Shown in pieces: positions 56,021 to 64,000 of a stretch of DNA of 64,000 bases. Positions within the stretch are counted from its first letter, which is position 1; each line of letters begins with the position of its first letter. The DNA is from an uncultured Acidobacteriota bacterium (GTDB taxonomy: Bacteria > Acidobacteriota > Thermoanaerobaculia > Thermoanaerobaculales > Sulfomarinibacteraceae). The stretch is taken from contig CAVSIS010000051.1 of NCBI GenBank assembly GCA_963727925.1, forward strand, positions 8,039 through 72,038, read 5' to 3'. The position numbers and the translations under genes were made by a program. The notes under the pieces are model-generated. The model saw only the letters and a program-made list of their open reading frames with translations, was not told the DNA's origin and did no database searches.

Positions 56021-57820
56021 TCAGAGACCCGGGCGCTCGGCGTCTCCTGCGTCGGGCTCGTCGGTGTGGCGTCCGCGCAGGAGCCATGGGCAGACTACCA
56101 GTGCAACGCCGCAGGCCAGGAAAGAGAGGAACAACGTCCGTGCCGAGCCTTGGGTGAGGTCGCCGACAATCAGCTCGAGCAGAGCCAGAGCGAGCACCGG
56201 ATAGACAAGCCATGACGCCTCGAGCACGAGGCCGCGTCGTCCGAGGACGGCGAGAACGATGGCGAGCGCCGCCAGAGCGACCGTGCGGGCGCTCGCAAGC
56301 GACGCTCCTGCGGGGGCACCGGCGCCGGCGAGCAGAGAGGCGAACCAGGCCACCGATCCACCCGCCAGCACCAGGGCAGTGAGCGCGACCAGCAGCGTGA
56401 ACGGAAGGCGTGAGCGCGGGGTGCGCCCCATCCGGCCGGGATCGACCGCGATCAGGATGACCGTCGCGACAAGGACCAGCTCAACCAAGAGCCGCGGTGT
56501 GACGGAGGGGGTGACGAGGGGAGATGCAGCCCCGGGGACGAGCACTCGGACCGCGCGCTGGAGGGCTCCGCTCGCACCAGCCGCGCCAAGCCCGTACAAG
56601 ACGGCGTGCACGCGCAGCGAAATGCGATCGAAGCGGCCTCCCAGGGCGGCCGCGGCTGCCGCGAGCACGGCCCACACGACGGCGGCACCAGGTCGCCCGA
56701 GGAGGGTCGGAACACCAATCAGGATACACGCCACGCCGAGACTGGAAAGGAGCACGAACCGGCGCCCTTGACCCGGGCGACGCTTGATCGAGGAAAAGCT
56801 CGCACCGAGCGCCAGGGCGCCGCTGGCCAGGGCGATGATGCCGAGCCAGCGGGTGGAGTGGCCGGAGGAGGTCGCGATCTCGATGGCTCCGAGAAATCCG
56901 AGGACGACGGCAATGCCTGACTGGAGCAGGTCGAAGACTCGAATGGCGTGCCTGCCCTCGTCGGACCGCCACAGCACCGCGGCGAGGAAGACGGCGGGAA
57001 GCGCCAACGCCAACGCCAGGGAGGCCGTGGGGTCGACAGGTGCGACGTGGCGTCCCGGGTCACCGGCGGCACCCGCGAGGGCGACGATCCGCAGAACCAT
57101 GAGATCGGCTGCCAAGGCGAGGAGCCACTCGAGGGGCGACCAGCGGTTGTCGTCGGCGACCAGTGCGGTCCCGCCGGCCATGCCGATGGCGGCAACTGTC
57201 GCGAAGAATCCCGGGCTTTCGACCGGAAGGAGCGCAACTTCGGTGAACATCCCGCCGAGCCCGAACACCCAGGCGGCCACGGGCAGCCGGGCACGGGCAG
57301 CCAGGAGGAGGCCGCAACCCGCGACCGCAGCCGTCGCCAGGGAGCCGAGCGGGGGCCCGAAGACCTGGAGGCGGACCGTCGCCTCCCACACCAGGGGGAA
57401 GAACACGGCCGCGGCGCACACGGAATGGAATGCAGCACTCGCCCGGCGGGACGCGCGAGCCGCCAATCCGGACGCGATCATCCAGACGCACGCGTAGGCC
57501 AGACCGACGCCGACGCCGACGGCCAGCGGCAGTCCGCCCGACTCGGTCAGGGCGCGTAGGAGAAACGCTCCGGCGAGGACGATCAGGCTCCGTCCTGCGA
57601 GGGCGGGGACGGAGAGAAGAGATCCTCGGTCAAAGGGGATCGATGTCCCGAGGTCGGCAGTGGCCGAGAGAGGCGCTGGGGACACGGGCGCGGCCTCCTG
57701 AGGACTGCCCTCGAGCCCGCACACTCGGGCACGGAGGTTCTCGACCTCGGCCTTGAGGGAGGTGACGGCGGATTCCAGGGCTTCGATGCGTTCGTCCACG
57801 GCGAGTTCCTGAGACCACAT
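56021..57820 (-). CDS. DUF2339-like polytopic membrane protein with N-terminal coiled coil
   Basis: MWSQELAVDERIEALESAVTSLKAEVENLRARV is followed by about 15 hydrophobic segments. The start could be 57820 or 57865. The 794-aa track ORF overlaps the divergent cytochrome c gene and is an extension. Confidence 0.65.
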   Translation of the reverse strand: MWSQELAVDERIEALESAVTSLKAEVENLRARVCGLEGSPQEAAPVSPAPLSATADLGTSIPFDRGSLLSVPALAGRSLIVLAGAFLLRALTESGGLPLAVGVGVGLAYACVWMIASGLAARASRRASAAFHSVCAAAVFFPLVWEATVRLQVFGPPLGSLATAAVAGCGLLLAARARLPVAAWVFGLGGMFTEVALLPVESPGFFATVAAIGMAGGTALVADDNRWSPLEWLLALAADLMVLRIVALAGAAGDPGRHVAPVDPTASLALALALPAVFLAAVLWRSDEGRHAIRVFDLLQSGIAVVLGFLGAIEIATSSGHSTRWLGIIALASGALALGASFSSIKRRPGQGRRFVLLSSLGVACILIGVPTLLGRPGAAVVWAVLAAAAAALGGRFDRISLRVHAVLYGLGAAGASGALQRAVRVLVPGAASPLVTPSVTPRLLVELVLVATVILIAVDPGRMGRTPRSRLPFTLLVALTALVLAGGSVAWFASLLAGAGAPAGASLASARTVALAALAIVLAVLGRRGLVLEASWLVYPVLALALLELIVGDLTQGSARTLFLSFLACGVALVVCPWLLRGRHTDEPDAGDAERPGL

Positions 57821-57931
57821 CTCTTGGATGGTTGCGCTGGTTGAGAGTTGCGCCCAGGATAGCATCTCTGTGCGCTCGTTCAATCGTGCAGGTGTCGCGG
57901 CGGGCCTGAGGTCAGTGATACGGTAGACGAC

Positions 57932-58351
57932 ATGAGCAGACGCGGCACGTCTCTGCTGCTTGGTTCCTCGCTCTTCATGGCTGCGTGCGGCGCCTACCCG
58001 CAACCCGAACCGCCGGCGCACGCGACGCCCGATCCCGGCGCCGCATCTCGCGGCCGCCTCGTGTTCGAGACCGAGGGCTGCGGAGCGTGCCACGGGGACC
58101 ACCTGCAGGGTACCGAGCTCGGACCGCCGCTCACTGGTGTCGCGACCCACTGGCAGCAGCCCGGCCTCGAGGCGTTTCTGAAGGATCCGGCGCCGGCCCT
58201 CTCCAGCGATCCGCGCCTTATCGAGATCGGGAGACAGTTCGAGGTGGAGATGCCCGGTGTGAGTGCTGCATCGAACCCGGAGGTCGTCGATCTCGCAGTG
58301 TACCTGCTGTCCAGTGCTGAGAGTTCGCCGGCCGGACCCAAGGGGCGGTGA
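57932..58351 (+). CDS. Lipoprotein-type mono-haem c-type cytochrome
   Basis: Lipobox-like FMAAC and haem motif CGACH. 139 aa. Confidence 0.75.
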   Translation: MSRRGTSLLLGSSLFMAACGAYPQPEPPAHATPDPGAASRGRLVFETEGCGACHGDHLQGTELGPPLTGVATHWQQPGLEAFLKDPAPALSSDPRLIEIGRQFEVEMPGVSAASNPEVVDLAVYLLSSAESSPAGPKGR

Positions 58352-58496
58352 AATAGAAGCCCCGGCCAGGGCGATTTCCGATTTCGCGACGGTCGAGAGG
58401 CACATGCTGTGCGGTCAACCACCTGCCGCTTCGCGGCGTCGATCGGAGAGGACTCGGAACAGGCGCCCGTGGATGCGGTGTGCCGTTGGAGGGAGT

Positions 58497-58892
58497 ATGA
58501 GACGAGTCATGAGGAGACTCTGCTTGGTCGTTCTGGTCGTGGCCACTGCCTCGATGGTTTGGGCGAGCGGCACGGTATGGACCATTCTCGGTGAGCGCAC
58601 CGTCACGGATCGGGTGGATCACGACATCATTGCGGTCGGTGCGGGACGCGGCGAGCTCACTGCGCTCAAGATCAAGGTGAAGCGGCACGCGGTCCAGTTC
58701 CGCGAGATGAAGGTCGTGTTCGAGAACGGCACCGTCCAGCACGTCGAGCTGCGTTCGGTGATTCCCGCGGGTGGGGAGTCGCGTGTCATCGACCTGGTCG
58801 GCGAGAAACGTCTGATCCAGCGTATCGAATTCTGGTACGACGCCCAGTCCCTGGGAGGGAAAGCGCTGGTCAGGGTCTTCGGAAGGCGCTGA
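58497..58892 (+). CDS. Small secreted protein, YaaI/DUF2541-like (tentative)
   Basis: GGAGGGAG RBS. Signal peptide MRRVMRRLCLVVLVVATASMVWA. The layout LKIKVKRHAVQFREMKVVFENG...IQRIEFWYDA...ALVRVFG recalls E. coli YaaI. The match is from memory only. Confidence 0.5.
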   Translation: MRRVMRRLCLVVLVVATASMVWASGTVWTILGERTVTDRVDHDIIAVGAGRGELTALKIKVKRHAVQFREMKVVFENGTVQHVELRSVIPAGGESRVIDLVGEKRLIQRIEFWYDAQSLGGKALVRVFGRR

Positions 58893-58947
58893 ACCAGTCG
58901 GTGCCGCTTCGGACCGTTCCTGTGGATCTCGACGGGTGAGCGAGCTC

Positions 58948-59178
58948 TCAGTAGCCGAGATCACGCAGCATGCCGGCGGTCGCCCCCAGCCCCTGTCCGC
59001 GGCGCGGCCCGGTACGGCGGTCGGCTCCGGCGCGGCGGTCCTGGACGCCCGCTGTCCGCCGCCCAAACCCGGTGATCCGCCGCCGGTCGCGACGCAGGCG
59101 GCGGTCGGGTCCCGAACGTCGCTCGCCGCACGCTTCAAGGTCCTGACATTGGGGCGGACGCGGAGTTCGGGGGCACAT
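58948..59178 (-). CDS. Tentative 76-aa Arg-rich mini-protein with DRR repeats
   Basis: ATG 59178-59176 shares its A with the TGA stop of the upstream gene (TGATG). The sequence is ...GERRSGPDRRLRRDRRRITGFGRRTAGVQDRRAGADRRTGPRRG.... GC3 is about 76% by my count. Arg-rich ORFs can also be GC artefacts. Confidence 0.3.
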   Translation of the reverse strand: MCPRTPRPPQCQDLEACGERRSGPDRRLRRDRRRITGFGRRTAGVQDRRAGADRRTGPRRGQGLGATAGMLRDLGY

Positions 59179-59567
59179 CACGAGTTCCTGCGGCGATGGC
59201 TGCGTACGGCCGAGTAGGTCAGCAGCCCGGTGGTCACAGCAACCGTCGCCCACAGGATGGGGCTCTGTTTCGCTGCTTTCCAGGCGTCGCCCGGGACCTT
59301 GCCGAGGGGACGGAAGCGAAGGTAGTCCGCACTCCGCTCGAGACGCCGCGCAACGGCCTGGGCCTCGTCGGGACGATCATGGCGGTTGCCCATCTGGCGC
59401 ACCTGGTCGGCGAGTGCCTCGACACGGTCCGCAGCGTATTCTGTAAAGCTCTCGGCGCCGGCTCCCAGCCGCTCCCTGACGTTCTCCATCTGGCCGTGGA
59501 CCACCTCGCGCACGGCGCCATATGCGGCCGATTCACCGACCGCCTTGAGGGTTGAGTTCTGGCTCAT
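59178..59567 (-). CDS. C-tail-anchored protein, ElaB/YqjD (DUF883)-like
   Basis: GGAG lies 7 nt before ATG 59567. The body is helical and charged, with a C-terminal anchor SPILWATVAVTTGLLTYSAVRSHRRR as in ElaB/YqjD-type proteins. Confidence 0.55.
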   Translation of the reverse strand: MSQNSTLKAVGESAAYGAVREVVHGQMENVRERLGAGAESFTEYAADRVEALADQVRQMGNRHDRPDEAQAVARRLERSADYLRFRPLGKVPGDAWKAAKQSPILWATVAVTTGLLTYSAVRSHRRRNS

Positions 59568-59659
59568 GGTTCGACTCCAATCCGGGGTGATGGAGTTCAC
59601 ACCCGCCTTCTACAACGATTGATCGCCCGGTTTGATTCGCATGGGCCGGAAGTTCGGCC

Positions 59660-61198
59660 TCACTCGGCGACGGAGGCCGACGGCAGGTCTCCCCGTTGGA
59701 GCATCTCGTGGAAGGCGGCGAGGCGATCCGCGCGGCCGGCCGCGACCACGGCATGGACCCGTCCCTTCGACAGAAGATAGGCCACGAAGTCCATCTGCTG
59801 CGGGCTTCCATGGACGCGGACCGCATCGAAGCTCGCCGCGTGCCCGACGACCCCGATCGAGGTGCCATGCTGACGGGTCCAGAAGAAAGGGACCCGACGG
59901 TAGATGCGCTCGGCGCCGAGGAGGTTGCGGGCGGCCGTCTGGCCCTGCTGCAGCGCAACCCGCCAGTGCTCGATCCGCACTGATGTCCCGGTCCAGGGGT
60001 CGGGGAAGCGTGCAATGTCGCCGGCGGCGTAGACACCCTCGGCCACCCGGAGCCGTGGATCGACGTTGATGCCTCCGTCCTGTGCGACGTCGGCGCCCTC
60101 GAACATGCGGGTGCGCGGCGTGACACCCACCCCGACGACGACCAGATCGGCCTCGAGCCGTTTCCCGTCTGTGAGGACCACGCTGCGAACCCGGTCATCG
60201 CCGTCGAACCGCTCGACCGTGGTGCCGAGGCGAAAGGCCACGCCGTGGTGTTCGTGGAGCCCGAGCATGGCGCGTCCGACGACCTCCCCGAGCAGACGAG
60301 CGAAAGGGAGTTCTTCGGGCGCCACGACCGTGACGTGCTCGATGCCGCGCTCGCGCAGGCTCGAAGCGACCTCCATGCCGATGAAGCTCGCGCCGACCAC
60401 CACCGCGCGCTGCGCACCGTCGGCCGCGGCCGCGATCTGCTCGGCGTCGCGGAGCGAGCGCAGTGTGAAGACCGAACCGCGATCCGCTCCGGGCACGTCG
60501 AGGCGGCGCGGCTCCGCTCCCGTGGCGAGGATGAGCCCGTCGTAGGTCTCCGAGGTCCCGTCGCCGAAGCGTACAGTCCGCGCGGTCACCGCGACCGACT
60601 CGACCCTCGCGACACGCCGCTCGATTTCGGCCTCGTCGTAGAACTCTGGCGGTCGCAGCGGCAGCCACTCGGGTGGGGCTTCACCTGACAGGTACGCCTT
60701 GCTGAGGTTGGGTCGGTCGTAGGGCGCATCGGCTTCGGTACCGATCAGGACCAAACCGCCGGTGAATCCCGCCCGCCGCAGCTCCTGGGCAGCCGCGAAG
60801 CCCGCGGCGCCGGCCCCGATGACGGCGATCGTACGGTCCTCGCCCGGCTGCCTCGACGCCATCCGGGGTCGGTGCGATGGTGACGGGTCGGCGGGCAGCT
60901 CGACCCAGATCTGGCCGTCCGCCTCACCGCACGGATAGGCAGCCAGGCAGTCCAGCGCCGGGGGTTCGAGGACCTCGCCATCTCGAACGTCGAAAACGGC
61001 CTGATGCCACGGGCAGAGAAGTCGTGACCCCTCCAGGGTGCCCTCGGCGAGCGGTGCCCCGTAGTGGGGGCAGCGGGCGCCGTACGCGGCGATCCGACCC
61101 TCCACCCTCACCAGCAGGACATCGGTCGAACCGACCGTGATCTGCTTCATCCCGCCGTTCGGGATCTCTGTGCCGCGAGCGACATTCCTACGGGACAT
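59660..61198 (-). CDS. Rieske [2Fe-2S] domain fused to an FAD/NAD(P)H pyridine-nucleotide-disulfide-family reductase (ferredoxin-reductase/AIF-like)
   Basis: Rieske ligands CPHYGAPL...CPWHQAVF. FAD fold IAVIGAGAAGFAAA. NAD fold VVVGASFIGMEVA. GAGGAGG RBS before ATG 61198. Confidence 0.85.
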   Translation of the reverse strand: MSRRNVARGTEIPNGGMKQITVGSTDVLLVRVEGRIAAYGARCPHYGAPLAEGTLEGSRLLCPWHQAVFDVRDGEVLEPPALDCLAAYPCGEADGQIWVELPADPSPSHRPRMASRQPGEDRTIAVIGAGAAGFAAAQELRRAGFTGGLVLIGTEADAPYDRPNLSKAYLSGEAPPEWLPLRPPEFYDEAEIERRVARVESVAVTARTVRFGDGTSETYDGLILATGAEPRRLDVPGADRGSVFTLRSLRDAEQIAAAADGAQRAVVVGASFIGMEVASSLRERGIEHVTVVAPEELPFARLLGEVVGRAMLGLHEHHGVAFRLGTTVERFDGDDRVRSVVLTDGKRLEADLVVVGVGVTPRTRMFEGADVAQDGGINVDPRLRVAEGVYAAGDIARFPDPWTGTSVRIEHWRVALQQGQTAARNLLGAERIYRRVPFFWTRQHGTSIGVVGHAASFDAVRVHGSPQQMDFVAYLLSKGRVHAVVAAGRADRLAAFHEMLQRGDLPSASVAE

Positions 61199-61338
61199 CC
61201 TGTACCTCCTCGATCGACGGCGACACCGATGCTGCGCATCGACCCACGATCTCGTCAAGGAACAGTATCGGTGCGTGCGGCCTGCGGCGCCCTCCGGCGC
61301 CACCCCAAACGGATGCTCGGTCGCGCTCCCGGGCCGGG

Positions 61339-62319
61339 CTAGCCGTCGCGGCGTTCAAGGCTCTCGAGGGCGTCCGAGGCCGCCTCTGCAACGTCCGGGT
61401 CCGGGTCGGTGAGCATCGTCCTGAGGCTTTCCCTGGCATCCGGGCAGCCGATCCTGCCGAGCAGATCTGCGGTGTCGCCGCGGCGCGCCGGGTCTGGATC
61501 CGTGAGCGCGGGGAGGAGCATGGCGGTGAGCGGATCCAGCGCGGTCGGCTTGCCGGCGAGCGCCTCCTCGGCCGCGAGCAGGAGCGCGATCCTGGATTCC
61601 AACCCGGAGGTCAGCCAGAGACTGACGAAGTCCTCGACGAACCGCCCCGCAGCCAACCCGCGCCCGGCGTTGCCGAGTCGTCCCGACTCGATCAATGAAC
61701 GCAGAATCCGTCGTTCGCCATCCACTCCCAGGGCCTGCGTGATCGACTCGACGACGTCTTCCAAGGAGAGCACGCCGACCAGCGTGAGGTCGCCGTCGAC
61801 CACTGTGGTCGGTACCGATCGCACGACGAACGACTCGGCCATGGTCGCGAAGTGTGTCGCATCGACCACCGTCGCCGTGACCAGTGGATTGGTGGCCGCG
61901 AGCTGGGTAGCCGCGCGTACGGCGTGCGGGCAGTTCGGGCAGCCCGGCGCGATGAAGACGAGGATCACCAGTGGTCGACTGAAGGCCTGCGGTCCGCGGT
62001 CCGGAGCTGGAGCCGCCAGGGCGAGGAGGGCCTCGTGGAACGGAGCCGCCTCAGGCCCTTCGGGAACGGCAAGGTAGTGGATCGCGTTCCGTGCGCCTCG
62101 GCACAGCGTGAGAGCGGGAAGGTCCGGAGGTCCCAAACCGTTGCCGTTCAAGAGTTCGATCCTGCCTTCACAGGCGTCCGAGAGATTCTGTGCAAGCTCG
62201 TTGAGTCGCCGTTCGAGCTCGGACGAGGAGACGGCGCGATGGAGGACGAACCCGATCGGCTCATCCGCACCGCGAAGCGCGCGAATCAGATCCTCTGGCG
62301 CCCGTTGGTGGCTGTCCAT
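61339..62319 (-). CDS. AhpF-N-terminal/PDO-like double thioredoxin-fold domain (CPNC) fused to C-terminal HEAT repeats
   Basis: IHYLAVPEGPEAAPFHEALL (first fold, no CxxC). FIAPGCPNCPHAV...VRSVPTTVVDG (second fold). C-terminal LTDPDPARRGDTADLLGRIG and LTDPDPDVAEAASDAL HEAT-like repeats. Confidence 0.65.
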   Translation of the reverse strand: MDSHQRAPEDLIRALRGADEPIGFVLHRAVSSSELERRLNELAQNLSDACEGRIELLNGNGLGPPDLPALTLCRGARNAIHYLAVPEGPEAAPFHEALLALAAPAPDRGPQAFSRPLVILVFIAPGCPNCPHAVRAATQLAATNPLVTATVVDATHFATMAESFVVRSVPTTVVDGDLTLVGVLSLEDVVESITQALGVDGERRILRSLIESGRLGNAGRGLAAGRFVEDFVSLWLTSGLESRIALLLAAEEALAGKPTALDPLTAMLLPALTDPDPARRGDTADLLGRIGCPDARESLRTMLTDPDPDVAEAASDALESLERRDG

Positions 62320-62404
62320 ACGGGGATGGTACCGCGAAGCCGCCGAAAGGTCGGTACTCGCCGAGCGACGGGCCCGAATGCCAAACAGCTGAGGCTCTGC
62401 CGAC

Positions 62405-62758
62405 TCAGCCCTTGACGACCCATCCCTTTGCGGCCAGGAGCTTGCGCAGGCGCTCGCGGTGGTCGCCCTGGACCTCGATCCTGTCCTCCAGGGTGGTGCC
62501 GCCTGAGCCGCAGGCGCGTTTCAGCTCACCGGCGAGGGCGCGCAGGAAGTCGCGGTTTCTGGGCAGCCCGTACACCACCGTCACGGTCTTGCCGCGGCGA
62601 CCAGAACGCTCGATCAGCAGGCGCGCGACGACCCTATCGGGGACCGGCTCTTCGCATGGTTCGCTGCACCGGCAGTCGGATGCGGGCCACCCGCAGCGGG
62701 GACAGGTCGAGCCTCTGGCGGTGGAGTAGACGGTCCGCGGCGGCGGTTTCGTCCCCAT
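62405..62758 (-). CDS. yciH: SUI1/eIF1-family translation initiation factor YciH
   Basis: A Cys-containing N-terminus is followed by RRGKTVTVVYGL...LAGELKRACGSGGT...IEVQGDHRERL. Confidence 0.9.
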   Translation of the reverse strand: MGTKPPPRTVYSTARGSTCPRCGWPASDCRCSEPCEEPVPDRVVARLLIERSGRRGKTVTVVYGLPRNRDFLRALAGELKRACGSGGTTLEDRIEVQGDHRERLRKLLAAKGWVVKG

Positions 62759-62820
62759 GGCAGGCCAAGTCTATCCTGCGGAGCCTCCCTGGGCTCGGAC
62801 TCGGCGCTCCCGGGCGCGGA

Positions 62821-63252
62821 TCAGGCGGGATTCGTGACCGCCAGGGGGGCCGAAGCGAGGGTGATCCCCGCGGTGACGATCCCCATGTCCGGAAGCGCGT
62901 GTGCAGGAACACCCGGCTGTCGCCGCGTGTGGCCGTCCTGCTCCGGGCAGGCGGAGCCGTCGGTCCTCCACAGCTCCGGATGGGCCGAGAGAAACGGGCA
63001 GGTCGGGGCCGCTTCCCGGGCGAGGTACCCACAGGCCTGACGCGCCGAGACTGCCTCGAGGGAGGGACAGCTCGGGGCCGCAGTTCGAGCCAAATAGGGG
63101 CATCCCTCAGCCAGCACCGGAGACGCGAGGTAGGGGCAGTCGGGAGCCTTTTGGCTCGAGATTGCCGTGGGCGCAAGGAAACCGAGCCCGACGAGACCGG
63201 CCAGGAAGCCAGCGCCGAATATCGTGAGAGAGGCCAGGAGCTTTCGAGTCAT
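62821..63252 (-). CDS. Signal-anchored protein with five 11-12-residue C-[PG]-[YSF]-L repeats
   Basis: GGAGG lies 6 nt before ATG 63252. N-terminal hydrophobic anchor. Cys at residues 39, 51, 62, 74, 85 and 102 in CPYLA, CPYLA, CPSLE, CGYLA, CPFLS and CPEQ. No family recognised. Confidence 0.55.
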   Translation of the reverse strand: MTRKLLASLTIFGAGFLAGLVGLGFLAPTAISSQKAPDCPYLASPVLAEGCPYLARTAAPSCPSLEAVSARQACGYLAREAAPTCPFLSAHPELWRTDGSACPEQDGHTRRQPGVPAHALPDMGIVTAGITLASAPLAVTNPA

Positions 63253-63424
63253 CGCGCACCTCCAGAGTCGTGACGTCACGGAGAACACGTCTCAGGTGAT
63301 GGACTGTTCCCGGACAACTGGAGAGTGCTAGCCGTCGTGGAACAGGCACCGTTGTGCGCAGGGCAACCCCGCCGCCGTGGAGTCAGACGTCCGGATTTCG
63401 GGTCGGGAGGGGAGGAAGATGCCG

Positions 63425-64000
63425 CTACCAGATGATCTCGGCCATCGAGCAGTTGATGCCCGACCCGATGCCCATCAGGGCGATGCGCTGACCGGGCAGG
63501 AGCCTCCCGGCCTCCGCCAGCTTCGACAGCACGATGGCGATCCCGGCCGGGCCGATGTTTCCGTGCCGGGGGTAGAGGCGGAAAATCTTGCCGAGGTCGA
63601 GGCCGAGAATGCGGGCGAAGGTCTCCGTGTGCGCCTTGCCGACCTGATGGATGATGAAGTGGTCGAGGCCTTCCGCCGTCCAGCCGAGGGCCCCGCGCGC
63701 CCGGCCCCAGGTGGTCAGGGCGAGCTCGAGCCCGTGGTGGAAGAGCTTCTTGGTGTTGGTGATCATCTCGTCGACCTGGGCGCAGCACAGGCGGCTGTAC
63801 TGGGTCGCGGCGAGGGTCACGCCACCCAGAAATCGGTGCTCCCCGGAGGCGCCCGAGGCGCGCCCGAGGACCATCGCCGCAGCGCCGCAGCCGAGCGTCA
63901 GGGTGGCGAAGTTGTCGCGGAAGTCCTCCCAGGTGGTGTCGGCCCGCTGCAGCCGCTCGATCGTCCTCTCGGTGGCATAGCGGGTGTTCTCGGCGTCGAC
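63425..64000 (-). CDS. 3-oxoacyl-ACP synthase III family (FabH-like), C-terminal part; the 5' end is beyond the window
   Basis: The frame is open to the window edge. FATLTLGCGAAAMVLG, FIIHQVGKAH, HGNIGPAGIAI and GIGSGINCS are typical of KAS III-type enzymes. Confidence 0.8.
   Translation of the reverse strand, partial: VDAENTRYATERTIERLQRADTTWEDFRDNFATLTLGCGAAAMVLGRASGASGEHRFLGGVTLAATQYSRLCCAQVDEMITNTKKLFHHGLELALTTWGRARGALGWTAEGLDHFIIHQVGKAHTETFARILGLDLGKIFRLYPRHGNIGPAGIAIVLSKLAEAGRLLPGQRIALMGIGSGINCSMAEIIW

Noticed and set aside
58936-59217. 93-aa plus-strand ORF in the spacer after the DUF2541-like gene
   Set aside because: It has no RBS and low-complexity Ala/Pro/Arg content. It overlaps the 3' end of the well-supported ElaB-like gene. 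The minus-strand coupled ORF is the better, though still weak, candidate.
1-64000. Scan for tRNA, rRNA, CRISPR arrays, IS elements, integrases and phage genes
   Set aside because: I saw no T-loop-type GGTTCGA[AT]TCC in an intergenic context, no rRNA-like segments, no regularly spaced 25-40-nt repeats, and no transposase- or integrase-like ORFs. Absence is judged by eye and should be confirmed with tRNAscan-SE, Infernal and ISEScan.

Overview
This is a 64-kb, very GC-rich, densely coding chromosomal segment. About 55 protein-coding genes can be supported. I recognised no rRNA, tRNA, CRISPR array, transposase, integrase or prophage genes. The gene content (secreted tricorn-like and M16 peptidases, a BNR/sortilin protein, DUF4097 proteins, an OPT transporter) suggests an Acidobacteriota-like organism, but that is inference only. 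Housekeeping genes: addB-addA, sucCD, coaX, a pgsA-like gene, mnmA, phhA, trmO, ftcD, a thiolase, tesB, ggt and yciH. One theme is extracytoplasmic proteolysis and peptide scavenging: two tricorn-like S41 proteases, an M16 pair, GGT and an OPT transporter. Another is envelope stress: a histidine kinase, an OmpR-type regulator, a Spy/CpxP-like protein, an HD-GYP protein and an MliC lipoprotein. No known defence or mobile system is evident, and I cannot point to one clearly novel system. The candidates most worth a second look are: (1) a same-strand cluster of a Cys-repeat anchored protein, an AhpF-N-terminal-like thioredoxin-fold/HEAT protein and a Rieske-fused FAD reductase; (2) an operon of a TPR plus sigma-region-4-only protein with two DUF4097 proteins; (3) an insertion-like spacer between pgsA and mnmA holding a 231-bp element bounded by inverted repeats, REP-like palindromes and an orphan zinc-ribbon gene; (4) a translationally coupled Arg-rich DRR-repeat mini-ORF; (5) two truncated gene remnants and several short tandem repeats at gene boundaries. 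Many long ORFs in the six-frame track are GC-driven antisense or out-of-frame artefacts and were rejected. All family assignments come from motif recognition by eye, not from searches.
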